NCBI GenBank assembly: GCA_041746575.1
Contig: JBGTGT010000098.1
Span: 32,001 to 96,000, forward strand
DNA: 64,000 nt
Direction: 5' to 3'
From: Microcystaceae cyanobacterium
Lineage (GTDB): Bacteria > Cyanobacteriota > Cyanobacteriia > Cyanobacteriales > Microcystaceae
Under the pieces are notes generated by a model. The model was not told the DNA's origin. It made no database searches and saw only the letters and a list, made by a program, of their open reading frames with translations. The stretch's first letter is position 1; each line of letters starts with the position of its first letter. Positions 28,811-39,282 of this stretch are shown piece after piece. A program made the position numbers and the translations under genes.

Positions 28811-30283
28811 TTACTCATTTTGGTTTGCTGAAATTCGATCTCCTTCGTTGAGATAAGCCACCCCTTTAACCACCACTTGATCCTGTGGCGTTAATCCCTC
28901 GACAATTTCAAGGCGGCCTTGACCTAAAATTTCCCCTAATTTGACGGTTTTGGCGATTACGGTTTGATCGGGCTGAACGACATAAACCCGTCCACTGCCA
29001 TCGGGTTGCGGCAGAACCGCCGCCATGGGAATGGTTAAACTGGTGGCGCTATCCGTAACAATTGCGCCTCGCAGAAACATGCCGGGTTTAAGGTTGGGTT
29101 GACGACCTAAATCGACTCGGATAATCCCTTGACGGGAACTTTCATCGACTCTTGGCTCAATTTCTCGCACATTCCCCGTTAGTCGCAGATCTCGATCAGC
29201 ATCTGAGGTAATAATCACCTTTTGCCCCGGACGAACGGCCGTTAACTGAGTTTCAGGCACTTTCAAGCGTAACTCCAGTTGCCCATTTTCGATAATCGTA
29301 AACAGTTTTTGATTATTGGTGGTGACATTGCCGACCCTTGCATCCCGTTGCGAAATTTTACCACTAACAGGACTGGTAATCTTAGTATCCCGCAATTGAG
29401 CCGACATCATTTGAGATTTAGCCTTAGCATTAGCTAATTGAGCCGAAGCTTGCGCAATCTCTTGGGGTCGTGCGCCATTTTCTAATTCTCTTAATTCCTG
29501 TTGGGCTTGTCCTAAATTGGCTTGGGCTTGACTGACGGCCGCTTGTTTTGTTTTTTCTGTATTTCTTAAACCATCCAAAAGATCCAGCGCGATCGCTCCT
29601 TCTTGCTGTAACTGGGTATTGCGTTGTACTCGCATTTTGGCGAGTTCCCACTCAGCGATCGCCTCTTCTCGTTCAGCTTTCAGTCTTTTTACTTTTTCTT
29701 GAGTTTGAGCGATAATTTCAGGGCGAGTTCCCGCTTTTAATTCATCTAAACGGGCTTCGGCTTGAGCAACCTCTGCTCGGGCTTGGTTGAGTTGCGCTTG
29801 CTGGACAGCATCATCTAAAAGAACGAGGGTTTGTCCATCTTTAATTTCATCTCCTTCGTCTACTAAAACCTGACGAATTTGTAAACCGGTTGCTTGGGAA
29901 TAGATGTCAATGGGTTCAACGGCGGCTACCGTTCCTGTTGCTTTAAGGGTACGTTGAACGGGACTCAAACGAGCCGAGGCAAGGGTGACATTTTTGGCGG
30001 GAGGAGTTGCAGGTGTGGTTACAGAGGGAGATTGAGAAGGAACAGACGGTTTTTGAGCAAAGATCAGCTTATTAGCTCCTATGGTTAGTAAAACGCCAAT
30101 TCCGATTCCGATGATTAACCCTTGATAGGATTTCAATCCTGCTGAAGCGTCAGGCGAGGCTGTTGAAAATTCTTGATGCTCAAAATTCTCTGACAATGAG
30201 GTGATTTCTGCCAATTCCGAGTTTAAGTCTGGAAAACTACTTGATTCTTCGGAATAACTTTTATCGAAAGCCTTTTTGCTCAC
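28811..30283 (-). CDS. Efflux RND/ABC periplasmic adaptor subunit (HlyD family)
   Basis: TM anchor, lipoyl halves VLVDEGDEIKDGQ and ITSPVSGKI, long coiled coil, LKPGMF. Confidence 0.9.
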   Translation of the reverse strand: MSKKAFDKSYSEESSSFPDLNSELAEITSLSENFEHQEFSTASPDASAGLKSYQGLIIGIGIGVLLTIGANKLIFAQKPSVPSQSPSVTTPATPPAKNVTLASARLSPVQRTLKATGTVAAVEPIDIYSQATGLQIRQVLVDEGDEIKDGQTLVLLDDAVQQAQLNQARAEVAQAEARLDELKAGTRPEIIAQTQEKVKRLKAEREEAIAEWELAKMRVQRNTQLQQEGAIALDLLDGLRNTEKTKQAAVSQAQANLGQAQQELRELENGARPQEIAQASAQLANAKAKSQMMSAQLRDTKITSPVSGKISQRDARVGNVTTNNQKLFTIIENGQLELRLKVPETQLTAVRPGQKVIITSDADRDLRLTGNVREIEPRVDESSRQGIIRVDLGRQPNLKPGMFLRGAIVTDSATSLTIPMAAVLPQPDGSGRVYVVQPDQTVIAKTVKLGEILGQGRLEIVEGLTPQDQVVVKGVAYLNEGDRISANQNE

Positions 30284-30467
30284 TATGACTCCTCGTCTGT
30301 TCGCTACAATTTAATCAATAAAGCTAATATGTAAATTTTTGTTGCTCTCTATCTACTGTAACGAATAATGAGTCAAAAAAACGAGACGAGACCAAGTCTT
30401 TAAAAAAAAGAGGATAGAGACTCAAGTTAAGTCCGCTATCCCGTTTTAAGTATTTCTTGGGGTAGGT

Positions 30468-31694
30468 TTAAGGTTTCTTTAGGGAAGCCAATATCACCAA
30501 ATCCTGCACGTCGAAAGCTGGATCTGGAGAGGGTTTTGAACCCAATTCAAACAAATAAATGACTTGATTGTCACTTAATTTGACCTTCCCGTTTTCGATA
30601 TAGGGCTTGATAATATTGTTGATGGAGTTTTGATTGGCAAAAGGCTGAATATTCGGCACTTCACTGCCATTTAAAAGGGCATAAACCCTGACTGGAGTAT
30701 AATCAAGTTTAGTAGTAACGCTATAAGAGTGCTTACAAGATCCGCCACTGGCTACTGCATATAAATCAATCGTTGTTCCCGCCTCTACCTGCATCGTCAG
30801 ACTGGAAGACACCACGGTATTCTGGGAACCTGCCTTGGGCTGATTGATGCCAACCTGAGTGTAAACGGGAATTGGGTCGCCCCCTGCCCCACAAGTCAAT
30901 TGTGTTCCCAAAATATCGATGGTAAGCGTGGATTGGTCGGGAATTGTACAGTCATTACCTTGACAATTAAATCTAGCAACGGAGGAGGCAGGGTTGTCAC
31001 TTCGGGCAAAGGCGGTCGTAGCAACGGCATAATCCGTATCTGAGCCTACCACGTGATGGGTTATTCCCCCCATACCTAGGGTAACCAGACGAGTCGTCTC
31101 TTCCGTCGCCGAAACACAGGCGTAAAACCCTTCTGTGGCGTTGGCGTGGGTAGGTTGCCATCCTTGGGGGCATTGACTGCTGTCTAGGGGCGTATCATTA
31201 ATAAAATCCATTAAAACGGCATTTTTAGCCCATTGAGCGGGTTGATCGAGTGTTGCTTGATCATATTGACCATCCTGATCAAAGTTAGGACCCCAGCGCA
31301 CCACGACTTGCTCGCCTCCCCATGGTTGGGGAGCGGGTTGGCTGTAATAAACCACATTTTTACCATTATTTAGACTTAAAACGAGAATGGGGGTCGCTCC
31401 AGTGGGTAAAGTAAAATCCTTGATTTGGCTAACAGCAGTCGCGGCATTGGTCTTGATGTCCCTAGCCATCCGTATTTCTTGGCTAATAAATTCTACCGAA
31501 CGGTTGATATCATGGCTTAAGGTACTGGTGGCTCTAGATTTAATATCTTGTTGCAACATCGTTAATAATCCTAACCCAGCACCACTAACCACAACTGAGG
31601 TTAAAGAGGCGGCAATTAATAATTCGGCTAAAGTAAACCCTTTGGTTCGGGATCGTTTGGTACAGAATTTGAGGAAGTTAGTGAAAAATTTCAT
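30468..31694 (-). CDS. Large prepilin-type (minor pilin / PilW-like) protein
   Basis: KG|FTLAELLIA N-methylation motif; 408 aa with a Cys-containing C-terminal extension. Confidence 0.85.
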   Translation of the reverse strand: MKFFTNFLKFCTKRSRTKGFTLAELLIAASLTSVVVSGAGLGLLTMLQQDIKSRATSTLSHDINRSVEFISQEIRMARDIKTNAATAVSQIKDFTLPTGATPILVLSLNNGKNVVYYSQPAPQPWGGEQVVVRWGPNFDQDGQYDQATLDQPAQWAKNAVLMDFINDTPLDSSQCPQGWQPTHANATEGFYACVSATEETTRLVTLGMGGITHHVVGSDTDYAVATTAFARSDNPASSVARFNCQGNDCTIPDQSTLTIDILGTQLTCGAGGDPIPVYTQVGINQPKAGSQNTVVSSSLTMQVEAGTTIDLYAVASGGSCKHSYSVTTKLDYTPVRVYALLNGSEVPNIQPFANQNSINNIIKPYIENGKVKLSDNQVIYLFELGSKPSPDPAFDVQDLVILASLKKP

Positions 31695-32377
31695 GATATT
31701 ACCTTTAATAAATCAATGAGAAATAACAATCCAAAGATTGGTTAATATGGGGACTCAATCTGAGGTTGGAGTTGATGTCGGTAGAAACACAATGTCAGTG
31801 CCTCAATACCTAGTTGTTCGTACGAATTTTTTTAAATATAGGATTCTCTTTAATCCAAGATTACCGTGTTTTCCCTGAATGTCAATCTTTTTTAAGTCAA
31901 TATAGTTTTAGTGTTTATGTAAAATTGCTCAGTTTTTTTTAAAGCCAAAATGCAGTTTTTAAATAAAAGCAGTGATCAAAAAAATTAATACTTAAAAAAT
32001 AGATAAACTTTTAAACTTTCTTTGTTAGAGTTTGATAAAATTTATCAAAAATTAAAATTGGATATAGCGTTTTTTCAGTATTTTCCACAGATCGAAAGTT
32101 AAGGACATTTCAAATGCTTAAAGTTTCAGTAAAGATTTTAAAGTGAATTTATTTAACGAATGTTTCTTTAGACGCATTACCTACTCAGTACGTCGTTCAA
32201 TTTGCAGCGTAAAGTATACAGTAATTAGAGAGATGGAGAAACAAAAGGAGCTAAAGCTCTTAAAGTCAGATCGGGTACTAATCCCTGATTTGGCTCTAAC
32301 ACCTTTCTATTTCCCTAAAAATCCGTTACACTAACAGCCAAACTCAACTTTGGTATTTTTACTTAACCTGTATTTCT

Positions 32378-33160
32378 ATGAAAAGCCTGTTTATTCCTTT
32401 CCTCACGGCGTTTTCCCTTGGTGGTGTTATAAGCGTGTCCACCGCCTCATCCGCTCAAGCGGCCATGATTATTGTTGATTTTGATGTACTGGGAGGAAGT
32501 ACCGGCACTAATTGGAACCAAATGTTAGAAAACCAAATATTACTTCCTAATTTAGTAGATGTGACAGGGCAACAAACCGGTTTTATGTTCATGCGAGGTG
32601 ATGAAGCATCAACCCCCCCTCCGCCAGCGAGTGAGGCGAGTATCCCCAGTAACGCCATGATTCCCGTAGATAGCCCAATTACGACTGATATTGGGGGTCT
32701 TTTCACGGCTACGCGCTTTTCACCTGCCACACCGACCTCCTTTTGGTTCAAAAATCTTGAACCCGGTTCTGAGTACTATGTTTATATTTTTTCCTTTCGC
32801 GGTGATCAATACTATAATCAAGTCACCGTTACAACCGAGAATACGCTCCCTGATTACGAGGTTAGCGGCAATAACGTTCTTTATGTTAACGACGAATTAG
32901 GCACAAATACCCGAACTCTTTCCAGCTACCGACGAAGAGTCAGAGTATGGACAGAAGGCGAACATACGGGGGAAATTGGTTTCATTTTTAATGTTGGCTC
33001 GAATGCTCCTCCCTTTGACTTTAATGCGGCATGGGCAATTGCCGCCATTGCCATTGAACCCGTCTCTGATATTCCTGAACCCTCTCTGCTCTTGGGATTG
33101 GGCATGATGGGGGGATGGATAGGGTTACAAAACCAAAAAAAACGTAAAAACAAAGTTTAA
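32378..33160 (+). CDS. PEP-CTERM surface protein
   Basis: Signal peptide ending AQA; C-terminal IPEPS, hydrophobic segment and basic tail KKRKNK. Confidence 0.88.
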   Translation: MKSLFIPFLTAFSLGGVISVSTASSAQAAMIIVDFDVLGGSTGTNWNQMLENQILLPNLVDVTGQQTGFMFMRGDEASTPPPPASEASIPSNAMIPVDSPITTDIGGLFTATRFSPATPTSFWFKNLEPGSEYYVYIFSFRGDQYYNQVTVTTENTLPDYEVSGNNVLYVNDELGTNTRTLSSYRRRVRVWTEGEHTGEIGFIFNVGSNAPPFDFNAAWAIAAIAIEPVSDIPEPSLLLGLGMMGGWIGLQNQKKRKNKV

Positions 33161-33211
33161 TATCTGTTTCAAATCTTAAGTTTTTGTAGGTCATCGAGAC
33201 CATAAACTTCT

Positions 33212-33234
33212 GGGCGCAAACCTGGCACCCCTAA
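33212..33234 (-). repeat. Decayed REP copy
   Basis: GGGCGCAAACCTGGCACCCCTAA, 19/23 to consensus. Confidence 0.65.
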
Positions 33235-33294
33235 CATTAATCATGTAACTCATCCTGTCGCAAAACGCTGTAAATGACTTTATCTTAAAAACGC

Positions 33295-33326
33295 AAAAAA
33301 ATAAGTCTGCCGCAAGGCAAACTTAT
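33295..33326 (-). terminator. Intrinsic terminator of the CAAD gene
   Basis: Minus strand ATAAGTTTGCC-ttgc-GGCAGACTTAT followed by T6. Confidence 0.75.
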
Positions 33327-33361
33327 CGACCGCTCTGCAAACCAATAATTAAGCAAAGAAA

Positions 33362-33778
33362 CTATTCGTTGCCGAAAATTTGGCTTTTAAAAGCATCAAT
33401 TTCTGTCACTAATTCTTCGCGAGTAGAAGCCTTCCACAGATAACGATAAACAAACCAGATCGTATAACATAGCCCAACTAGCTGTAAAATTGGGGCAAGT
33501 AAGGGAATATCGTCGAGGGCATCAAGAACCGCTAGGGTGACTTTTACACTCACAATCCCCAAGAAAATCAATCCTAGGGTAATAAGGGGTTGTCTATAAC
33601 TATTGAAAAACTGACCAACATAGTCCGGAATTTTGGCCAGCACATCCATAACAGGTTCTACCCATTCTTGCCAAGCGGGGTTCATATCTGGCATTTTTTG
33701 AGTAGAAGAGATGGCGCCGGGGGTATCGCTACTGAGTCCGGTTGCTTTTTCCGTGGTTTTTTCAAAATTGGAATCCAT
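33362..33778 (-). CDS. CAAD domain protein (CurT-like thylakoid curvature protein)
   Basis: LDDIPLLAPILQLVGLCYTIWFVYRYL...REEL. Confidence 0.88.
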   Translation of the reverse strand: MDSNFEKTTEKATGLSSDTPGAISSTQKMPDMNPAWQEWVEPVMDVLAKIPDYVGQFFNSYRQPLITLGLIFLGIVSVKVTLAVLDALDDIPLLAPILQLVGLCYTIWFVYRYLWKASTREELVTEIDAFKSQIFGNE

Positions 33779-33946
33779 TGTTAACCTATCCTCAACTTAA
33801 AAGTTTTGAAGCGTGGCAGTCAGTCGCCAAAACTTGCTGATGCTCATCTTATCAGACACTTTCCATCCTAGAACGTTCCTGTTATAGAATTCTACACCGT
33901 TTTGTTTTCTTTATTATTGACTGAGAGGAATTTCGGTTTTTCTTAA

Positions 33947-35167
33947 TTAATGCTGTGCCAATGAGGGCATTTTCCCTTTTAACCCTGTCATCAATTGTAA
34001 GGTAAAACGCTTAAGGGGAGGGATTTGTCGCAGTAAAATCAACCCAAAGCGACGAATCACCATTAACGGTAACCAAGAATTCGAAAAAGTGCGATCTAAT
34101 AAGTCAGTCATCCCCAAAATCACAAAATTTTCCCATTTTCGCCATCGTTCATACCGTTTTAAGACGTTGATATTACCTAAATCTTCCTGATTTTGAGCGG
34201 CTAACCCTAAAACTTGTGCCAAAGCCGCCGCATCCCGAATTCCTAGATTTAGCCCCTGTCCTCCCACTGGGTGACAACAATGAGCGGCATCTCCCACTAA
34301 AGCTAAACGAGGCTTCACATATTGATTACTCTGCATTAATTGTACGGGAAATAAAAAGCGATCGCTCACTAAGTCTACTTTTCCTAAAATTCCCTTCGTT
34401 CGTGTCTGTAATTGCGCTAAAAAGGCATCTTTATCCATTTTATACAAGGTTTGCGCCTCTGCATGGGGGGCAGTCCAGACAATTTGACAGCGATTATCAG
34501 GTAAAGGAAGAATCCCCATGGGGCCAGATTCACAAAATCGTTCAAAGGCAATGTTATTCTGAGGTAAGTAATGTTTAACTGTAAAAGCAACGCAGGATTG
34601 CCAATATTTCCAACCTCTTGTCTGAATATTCGCCCATTGTCGAATGTTGGATTTTGCTCCGTCTGCTCCAATAACTAAGGATGTCTGCAAAATCTGTCGT
34701 TGACCCTCTTTTTCAAAAGTAATCAAGGCTTTATCACTTCGATAGTCAATTTCCATAACTTTAGCGGGGCATATCCAGTGAACATGAGAGTATTGGGCGA
34801 TTTTTCTCTGTAATTCCCCTAAAATGAGCGAATGTTCTCCGACATAGCCTAAATCTTCCGTCCCTAAATCTTGGGTTTCAAACTGTACCGTTTGAGAAAA
34901 ATCAGCGTCTGATAAGGAAATATGATTAAAACGTCCAATTTGTGGTAAAATATTTGACCATACTCCTAATCTGTTTAATATTCTGCCAGAAAGTAATGAT
35001 AAAGCGTAAGCCTGTCGGCGTGAACGTACCTGTTCTAAAGATTGGGATTCAATAATAACAACGTTTAAAAGGGTGTCTTTTAAGGCCACCGCTAAGGTTG
35101 TCCCGACAATGCCACCACCAATAATGGCAAGATCATAATGGGGGGTTATTCCTCGTTTTTGCGTCAT
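33947..35167 (-). CDS. FAD-dependent hydroxylase (UbiH/Coq6 family)
   Basis: GGGIVG, GADGAKS, LVGDAAHCCHPVGGQGLNLGIRD. Confidence 0.9.
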   Translation of the reverse strand: MTQKRGITPHYDLAIIGGGIVGTTLAVALKDTLLNVVIIESQSLEQVRSRRQAYALSLLSGRILNRLGVWSNILPQIGRFNHISLSDADFSQTVQFETQDLGTEDLGYVGEHSLILGELQRKIAQYSHVHWICPAKVMEIDYRSDKALITFEKEGQRQILQTSLVIGADGAKSNIRQWANIQTRGWKYWQSCVAFTVKHYLPQNNIAFERFCESGPMGILPLPDNRCQIVWTAPHAEAQTLYKMDKDAFLAQLQTRTKGILGKVDLVSDRFLFPVQLMQSNQYVKPRLALVGDAAHCCHPVGGQGLNLGIRDAAALAQVLGLAAQNQEDLGNINVLKRYERWRKWENFVILGMTDLLDRTFSNSWLPLMVIRRFGLILLRQIPPLKRFTLQLMTGLKGKMPSLAQH

Positions 35168-35216
35168 TTTCAGTGCAAATTTAATTCGTGGATATTAAAC
35201 GTTATCATTCTCTATT

Positions 35217-35720
35217 TTAGGGGATAAATGGGAGGAGGTCGAATTTTTGACGGATTTCCCACAGGGAGCGATTTAGTAGAGACTCATAATCAAGAAAAGG
35301 ATAATATTTTCTTTTGCCACGGGTTTTCAACCAAACAATCAAAATTTCTGGTATTAATCTCGGCAAAACTAATAAAATTGAAGTATAAAGCCACCATAAC
35401 CCATTCTGCTTAATTAAGTCATTATACATAATATCTATCGCCGGTCCAATCTTAGGATCTTTTCGGACACGGATATAATCGCTGAACTTGAAATCACTCG
35501 TCCAAAATGTTAGAGGTAATCGTTTAATTTCGTCATACATCCCCGTGTCACAAGCTAAGATAACATGGGAAACATCGTGCGCCAACATAATCTGCGCTAA
35601 TTCTGGCGGTAGTTCTCTAGGATCGGTAATATTAGGATTAATCTGGTAAAATTCTTCTAATCCTTGCTGAAGCGTTTGTGTGCTATGTTTGTTTGCGTAC
35701 TGAGGACAAGAACCCATCAT
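35217..35720 (-). CDS. Coq4-like protein with a metal-binding motif
   Basis: HDVSH-VILACDTGMYD-E matches HDxxH-x11-E. Confidence 0.6.
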   Translation of the reverse strand: MMGSCPQYANKHSTQTLQQGLEEFYQINPNITDPRELPPELAQIMLAHDVSHVILACDTGMYDEIKRLPLTFWTSDFKFSDYIRVRKDPKIGPAIDIMYNDLIKQNGLWWLYTSILLVLPRLIPEILIVWLKTRGKRKYYPFLDYESLLNRSLWEIRQKFDLLPFIP

Positions 35721-35729
35721 CGACTCCCT

Positions 35730-35757
35730 ATTTACGATACGATACTGTTTCGTAAAT
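35730..35757. promoter_or_regulatory. Probable TetR operator
   Basis: ATTTACGATAC-gatact-GTTTCGTAAAT (10/11 inverted repeat) in the 50-bp divergent gap. Confidence 0.7.
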
Positions 35758-35770
35758 TATCATAACACTT

Positions 35771-36358
35771 ATGAGTAAGAATAAACACAAATCATCAGGA
35801 AGGCCTCGTAGTATTCAGTCTCATACAGCTATATTAAAGGCAACTTTGGCATTATTAGAGGAAGTTGGCTTTGAAACCATGAGTATTGAAGCCATTGCCA
35901 AGCGTGCAGGTGTGGGAAAAACGACAATTTATCGGCGTTACCGCAGTAAAGAAGAATTGGTGGTCGATGCGATTGAAAGCATAAGATTAGATGTGGTAAT
36001 TCCTAATACGGGTAATTTTTGGCGTGATATTGATGAATTGCTTGAAAATGCGGCACAGATTACCCTCAACTCTCTAGGACGGCAAACAGTAGCGATGATT
36101 GTTAGTAGTGCTTCCAGTAATGCTCAATTTGCGCAAATTTATTGGACAAAATATTTACAACCTCGACGAGAGGCGTTTGCAATTGTTATCGAACGAGGGA
36201 AAATGAGAAAGGAAATTAAGCCAAATCTAGATGCTGGTTTAATATTTGATACGATGAGTGGCATTATGCTTTATAGCCTTATTTTTCCCCCTGAAAACGA
36301 AACTTGGGTAAACTATGTTCGGCGAGCATTACATTTGCTAGTTCCAACCGATCACTAA
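35771..36358 (+). CDS. TetR/AcrR family regulator
   Basis: GRPRS...SIEAIAKRAGVGKTTIYRRYRSKEEL. Confidence 0.95.
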   Translation: MSKNKHKSSGRPRSIQSHTAILKATLALLEEVGFETMSIEAIAKRAGVGKTTIYRRYRSKEELVVDAIESIRLDVVIPNTGNFWRDIDELLENAAQITLNSLGRQTVAMIVSSASSNAQFAQIYWTKYLQPRREAFAIVIERGKMRKEIKPNLDAGLIFDTMSGIMLYSLIFPPENETWVNYVRRALHLLVPTDH

Positions 36359-36647
36359 AATTTTATCTTATAAATTTAATAGAGTTATATTTGTATTTTA
36401 AATTTCTAAATCAATTTTTTTGAGTCTGAATTTTAGGCAAAATAAAGCTAAAAACCGCAAAATATCGAAATTCAATACTTGACAAAAGAACGAAGAAATA
36501 GGCTTGACAAGCCCATACTACTAATCTTATGATAAGTAAAGTAATAAGGATCATGCTGGGGTTTTAGTGCTAAATTTTCCATCAGTTGAGAAAAAAGCTA
36601 ATCCCAAAAGCGATCGCTTCACCTCAAAACATTAATTCTCCAAACTG

Positions 36648-37124
36648 ATGACCCTGCAAAACTTATATGAAAAAGATTTTCAAGAATGGGTAACTCAAAC
36701 CATTCAAAAATTACAACAAAAAGAGTTTAATTCCCTTGACATTGAACATTTAATTGAGAAATTGCAGGACTTAGGAAAACCAGAAAAAAGAGCATTAGAA
36801 AGTAACTTGATGATTTTATTAGCCCATTTGTTGAAATTAAGAATCCAAAATGATGTCCCTGAAACGATAAAAGATAGCTGGTATCGCTCGATTATTGAAC
36901 ATCGTCAACGGATTGATAAACAATTACGAGACACCCCTTCTCTTAAATCCTATTTAAAATTAGCCATTGACAAAACCTATGCTGATGGACGAAAGTTAGC
37001 CATTAAGGCAGGAAAATTGGCAAGTTTTGGTATTCGTATTCCGCAAAAAACAGAATATTCATTAAGCTGCCCTTTTACCCTTGAGCAAGTTTTAGATGAT
37101 GATTTTTATGGGATTGAGGATTAG
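36648..37124 (+). CDS. DUF29 family protein
   Basis: LYEKDFQEW...LDIEHLIE...LLAHLLK...CPFTLEQVLDDDF. Confidence 0.9.
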   Translation: MTLQNLYEKDFQEWVTQTIQKLQQKEFNSLDIEHLIEKLQDLGKPEKRALESNLMILLAHLLKLRIQNDVPETIKDSWYRSIIEHRQRIDKQLRDTPSLKSYLKLAIDKTYADGRKLAIKAGKLASFGIRIPQKTEYSLSCPFTLEQVLDDDFYGIED

Positions 37125-37237
37125 GGAATAGTATATTTGAACAAAAGATTTTTAATTGTTTCTTGCCTACGCTAACATAAAAAGGTAATTTTTTGCATTG
37201 ACTCACCCTACAATAATTATAACTTAGTGACCGAATA

Positions 37238-37705
37238 ATGGAAACCAATCGGTTAACGCATCATTCTCTCAGAGAGCTTTATCAAACTGATGATTTAGCT
37301 TGGTATGAAATTACCTTAAAAGCTATCCAATCTCATCACTTAGAAGAGTTAGATTTAGAAAGTTTAGCTGAGGTATTAGAAAACTTGGTTAGAGATAAAA
37401 AACGCAGTGGTGCAAGTTTTTTAGAACAACTCGTTTGCCATTTACTTCTCATTGAATATTGGGAGACAGAAAGAGATTATAATTACCGTTATTGGGCAAG
37501 TGAAATTGTCAACTTTCGAAACCAATTAGAGATAGATATGACCTCTAATTTATATCAATATCTTGAGAAAGACCTTGATAAAATTTATCAACGTGCTGTC
37601 AAATATGTAATTGTTAAAACAGGTTTGACAAAAGAAAGTTTTCCGACAAAATGCTCTTATAATATCAAACAGTTAATAGATAGTGATTGGCTACCTTATC
37701 AATAA
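37238..37705 (+). CDS. DUF29 family protein
   Basis: LYQTDDLAW...LDLESLAE...W..EIVNFRNQL...FP..CSY...DWLP. Confidence 0.88.
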   Translation: METNRLTHHSLRELYQTDDLAWYEITLKAIQSHHLEELDLESLAEVLENLVRDKKRSGASFLEQLVCHLLLIEYWETERDYNYRYWASEIVNFRNQLEIDMTSNLYQYLEKDLDKIYQRAVKYVIVKTGLTKESFPTKCSYNIKQLIDSDWLPYQ

Positions 37706-37798
37706 TTTATTGATTGAGCTTATAAACCTCTGCCAAAAGCAAACGTTGAAAAGATAACGATTTTCTAAATTATCCTTACTCTTTCAGGATTTTCTTTA

Positions 37799-38296
37799 CT
37801 ACCTTTTATCTTCTTTTGTTGCAAAACGTCGTTTTTGAAACCAATCTTGTAATAATTGACGACAGGCATTTTCTTCAATCCCCATTATTACTGATAAACG
37901 ATGATTGGAGCAATCACTATCAGGTAGATTAAGGACTGTGCGAATTGCTCCTGTTTTGGGATCATCTACGCCATAAACCAAGGACTTTAGACGGGCATGA
38001 ATAATTGCACCTGCACACATTGGACAGGGTTCTAACGTAGCATAGAGAGTACAATTGGTTAAACGCCACGACTGTAAGTGTTGACTCGCCAAACGAATCG
38101 CTAGTAATTCAGCGTGAGCCGTTGGATCTTGGTTAGATTCCTTCTGATTGCCAGATTGAGCGATTAATTGATTATTTTCATCAACAATAACTGCGCCAAT
38201 CGGTATTTCTCCTGTTTCTCCTGATTTTTGACCTAAAATAACCGCCTGTTGCATCCAATAACGATGAATTTCATAAGCCGCTTGAGTAATTTTCAT
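37799..38296 (-). CDS. tadA: tRNA adenosine(34) deaminase
   Basis: HAE and TLEPCPMCAGA motifs. Confidence 0.93.
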   Translation of the reverse strand: MKITQAAYEIHRYWMQQAVILGQKSGETGEIPIGAVIVDENNQLIAQSGNQKESNQDPTAHAELLAIRLASQHLQSWRLTNCTLYATLEPCPMCAGAIIHARLKSLVYGVDDPKTGAIRTVLNLPDSDCSNHRLSVIMGIEENACRQLLQDWFQKRRFATKEDKR

Positions 38297-38387
38297 TTAA
38301 GTCAATGGTCGAAAAAGAGAGCAGAAAACATTTTAGTAATTCGTGGATGCTCCCTATCTTCTCCTTAGCCCATTTTTCCATCCAATT

Positions 38388-39209
38388 CTAGAAAAAACGA
38401 TGTTGTAGTGCGGGCATCTGTTGACGAACTTGCTTGAGACGAGTGGGGCTAATTTCGCCGATCGCCACCCCCGGTTTTTCGCCAGCATCATCCATAATCA
38501 CGCCCCAAGGGTCAATAATCATAGCATGGCCGTGAGTATAGCGTCTTTCATAATGATTTCCGGTTTGAGCAGGAGCAATCACATAACAAGTATTTTCAAT
38601 CGCCCTCGCTTGTAAAAGAACTTTCCAGTGATCTTTACCTGTAAAAGCCGTAAAAGCCGCGGGAATGAAGAGAATTTCTGCGCCGTTTTGGGAAAGATAG
38701 CGATATAATTCAGGAAAACGGACATCATAACAAATAGATATACCGACTTTGCCCAACGTATCCGAGGCATAGATAGGCGGAAAAGCTTGACCGGCCATAA
38801 CCGTGCTAGACTCGCAATAGGTATTACCATCAGGAACATCTACATCAAAAAGATGAACTTTCTGGTATCTTGCGACTTCTAAGCCACTGGGATTAATCAT
38901 TAAGGCAGTATTGTAGGCTTTGCCTTCTTCTCCTCCGACTGAAACCGGATAGCCCCCCCCTAGAAGGGTAACTTGAAAACGCTGTGCCATGGTAATCAGA
39001 AATTTCTCCGCTTTCTGACTAATCTCATCGGCTATTTTCAGCTTATCTTCTTCATGTCCTAAAAACGCAAAGTTTTCGGGCAGACCGACTAATTCAGCCC
39101 CTCGACGGGCGGCTAAATCGATTAATTCTTCAGCTTGCTTGAGATTTTTCTCTAAATCAGGCTGACTGGTCATTTGGATGGCGGCAGCGAGGTAAGATTT
39201 CATATTCAA
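38388..39209 (-). CDS. Carbon-nitrogen hydrolase (Nit1-like deaminated glutathione amidase)
   Basis: LPE, YQKVHLFD, ICYDVRFPE, ARAIEN. Confidence 0.9.
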   Translation of the reverse strand: MNMKSYLAAAIQMTSQPDLEKNLKQAEELIDLAARRGAELVGLPENFAFLGHEEDKLKIADEISQKAEKFLITMAQRFQVTLLGGGYPVSVGGEEGKAYNTALMINPSGLEVARYQKVHLFDVDVPDGNTYCESSTVMAGQAFPPIYASDTLGKVGISICYDVRFPELYRYLSQNGAEILFIPAAFTAFTGKDHWKVLLQARAIENTCYVIAPAQTGNHYERRYTHGHAMIIDPWGVIMDDAGEKPGVAIGEISPTRLKQVRQQMPALQHRFF

Positions 39210-39282
39210 GGTTCAATGTGAAGAGAAAGAGGAATTGTTCCCGTTAATCATCGCTTTATTGTACCATTGCTGACGTTACCTT

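Noticed and set aside
31695..32377. AT-rich gap as a replication origin or hidden gene
   Set aside because: No DnaA-box cluster or credible ORF is evident; it is consistent with divergent promoters.
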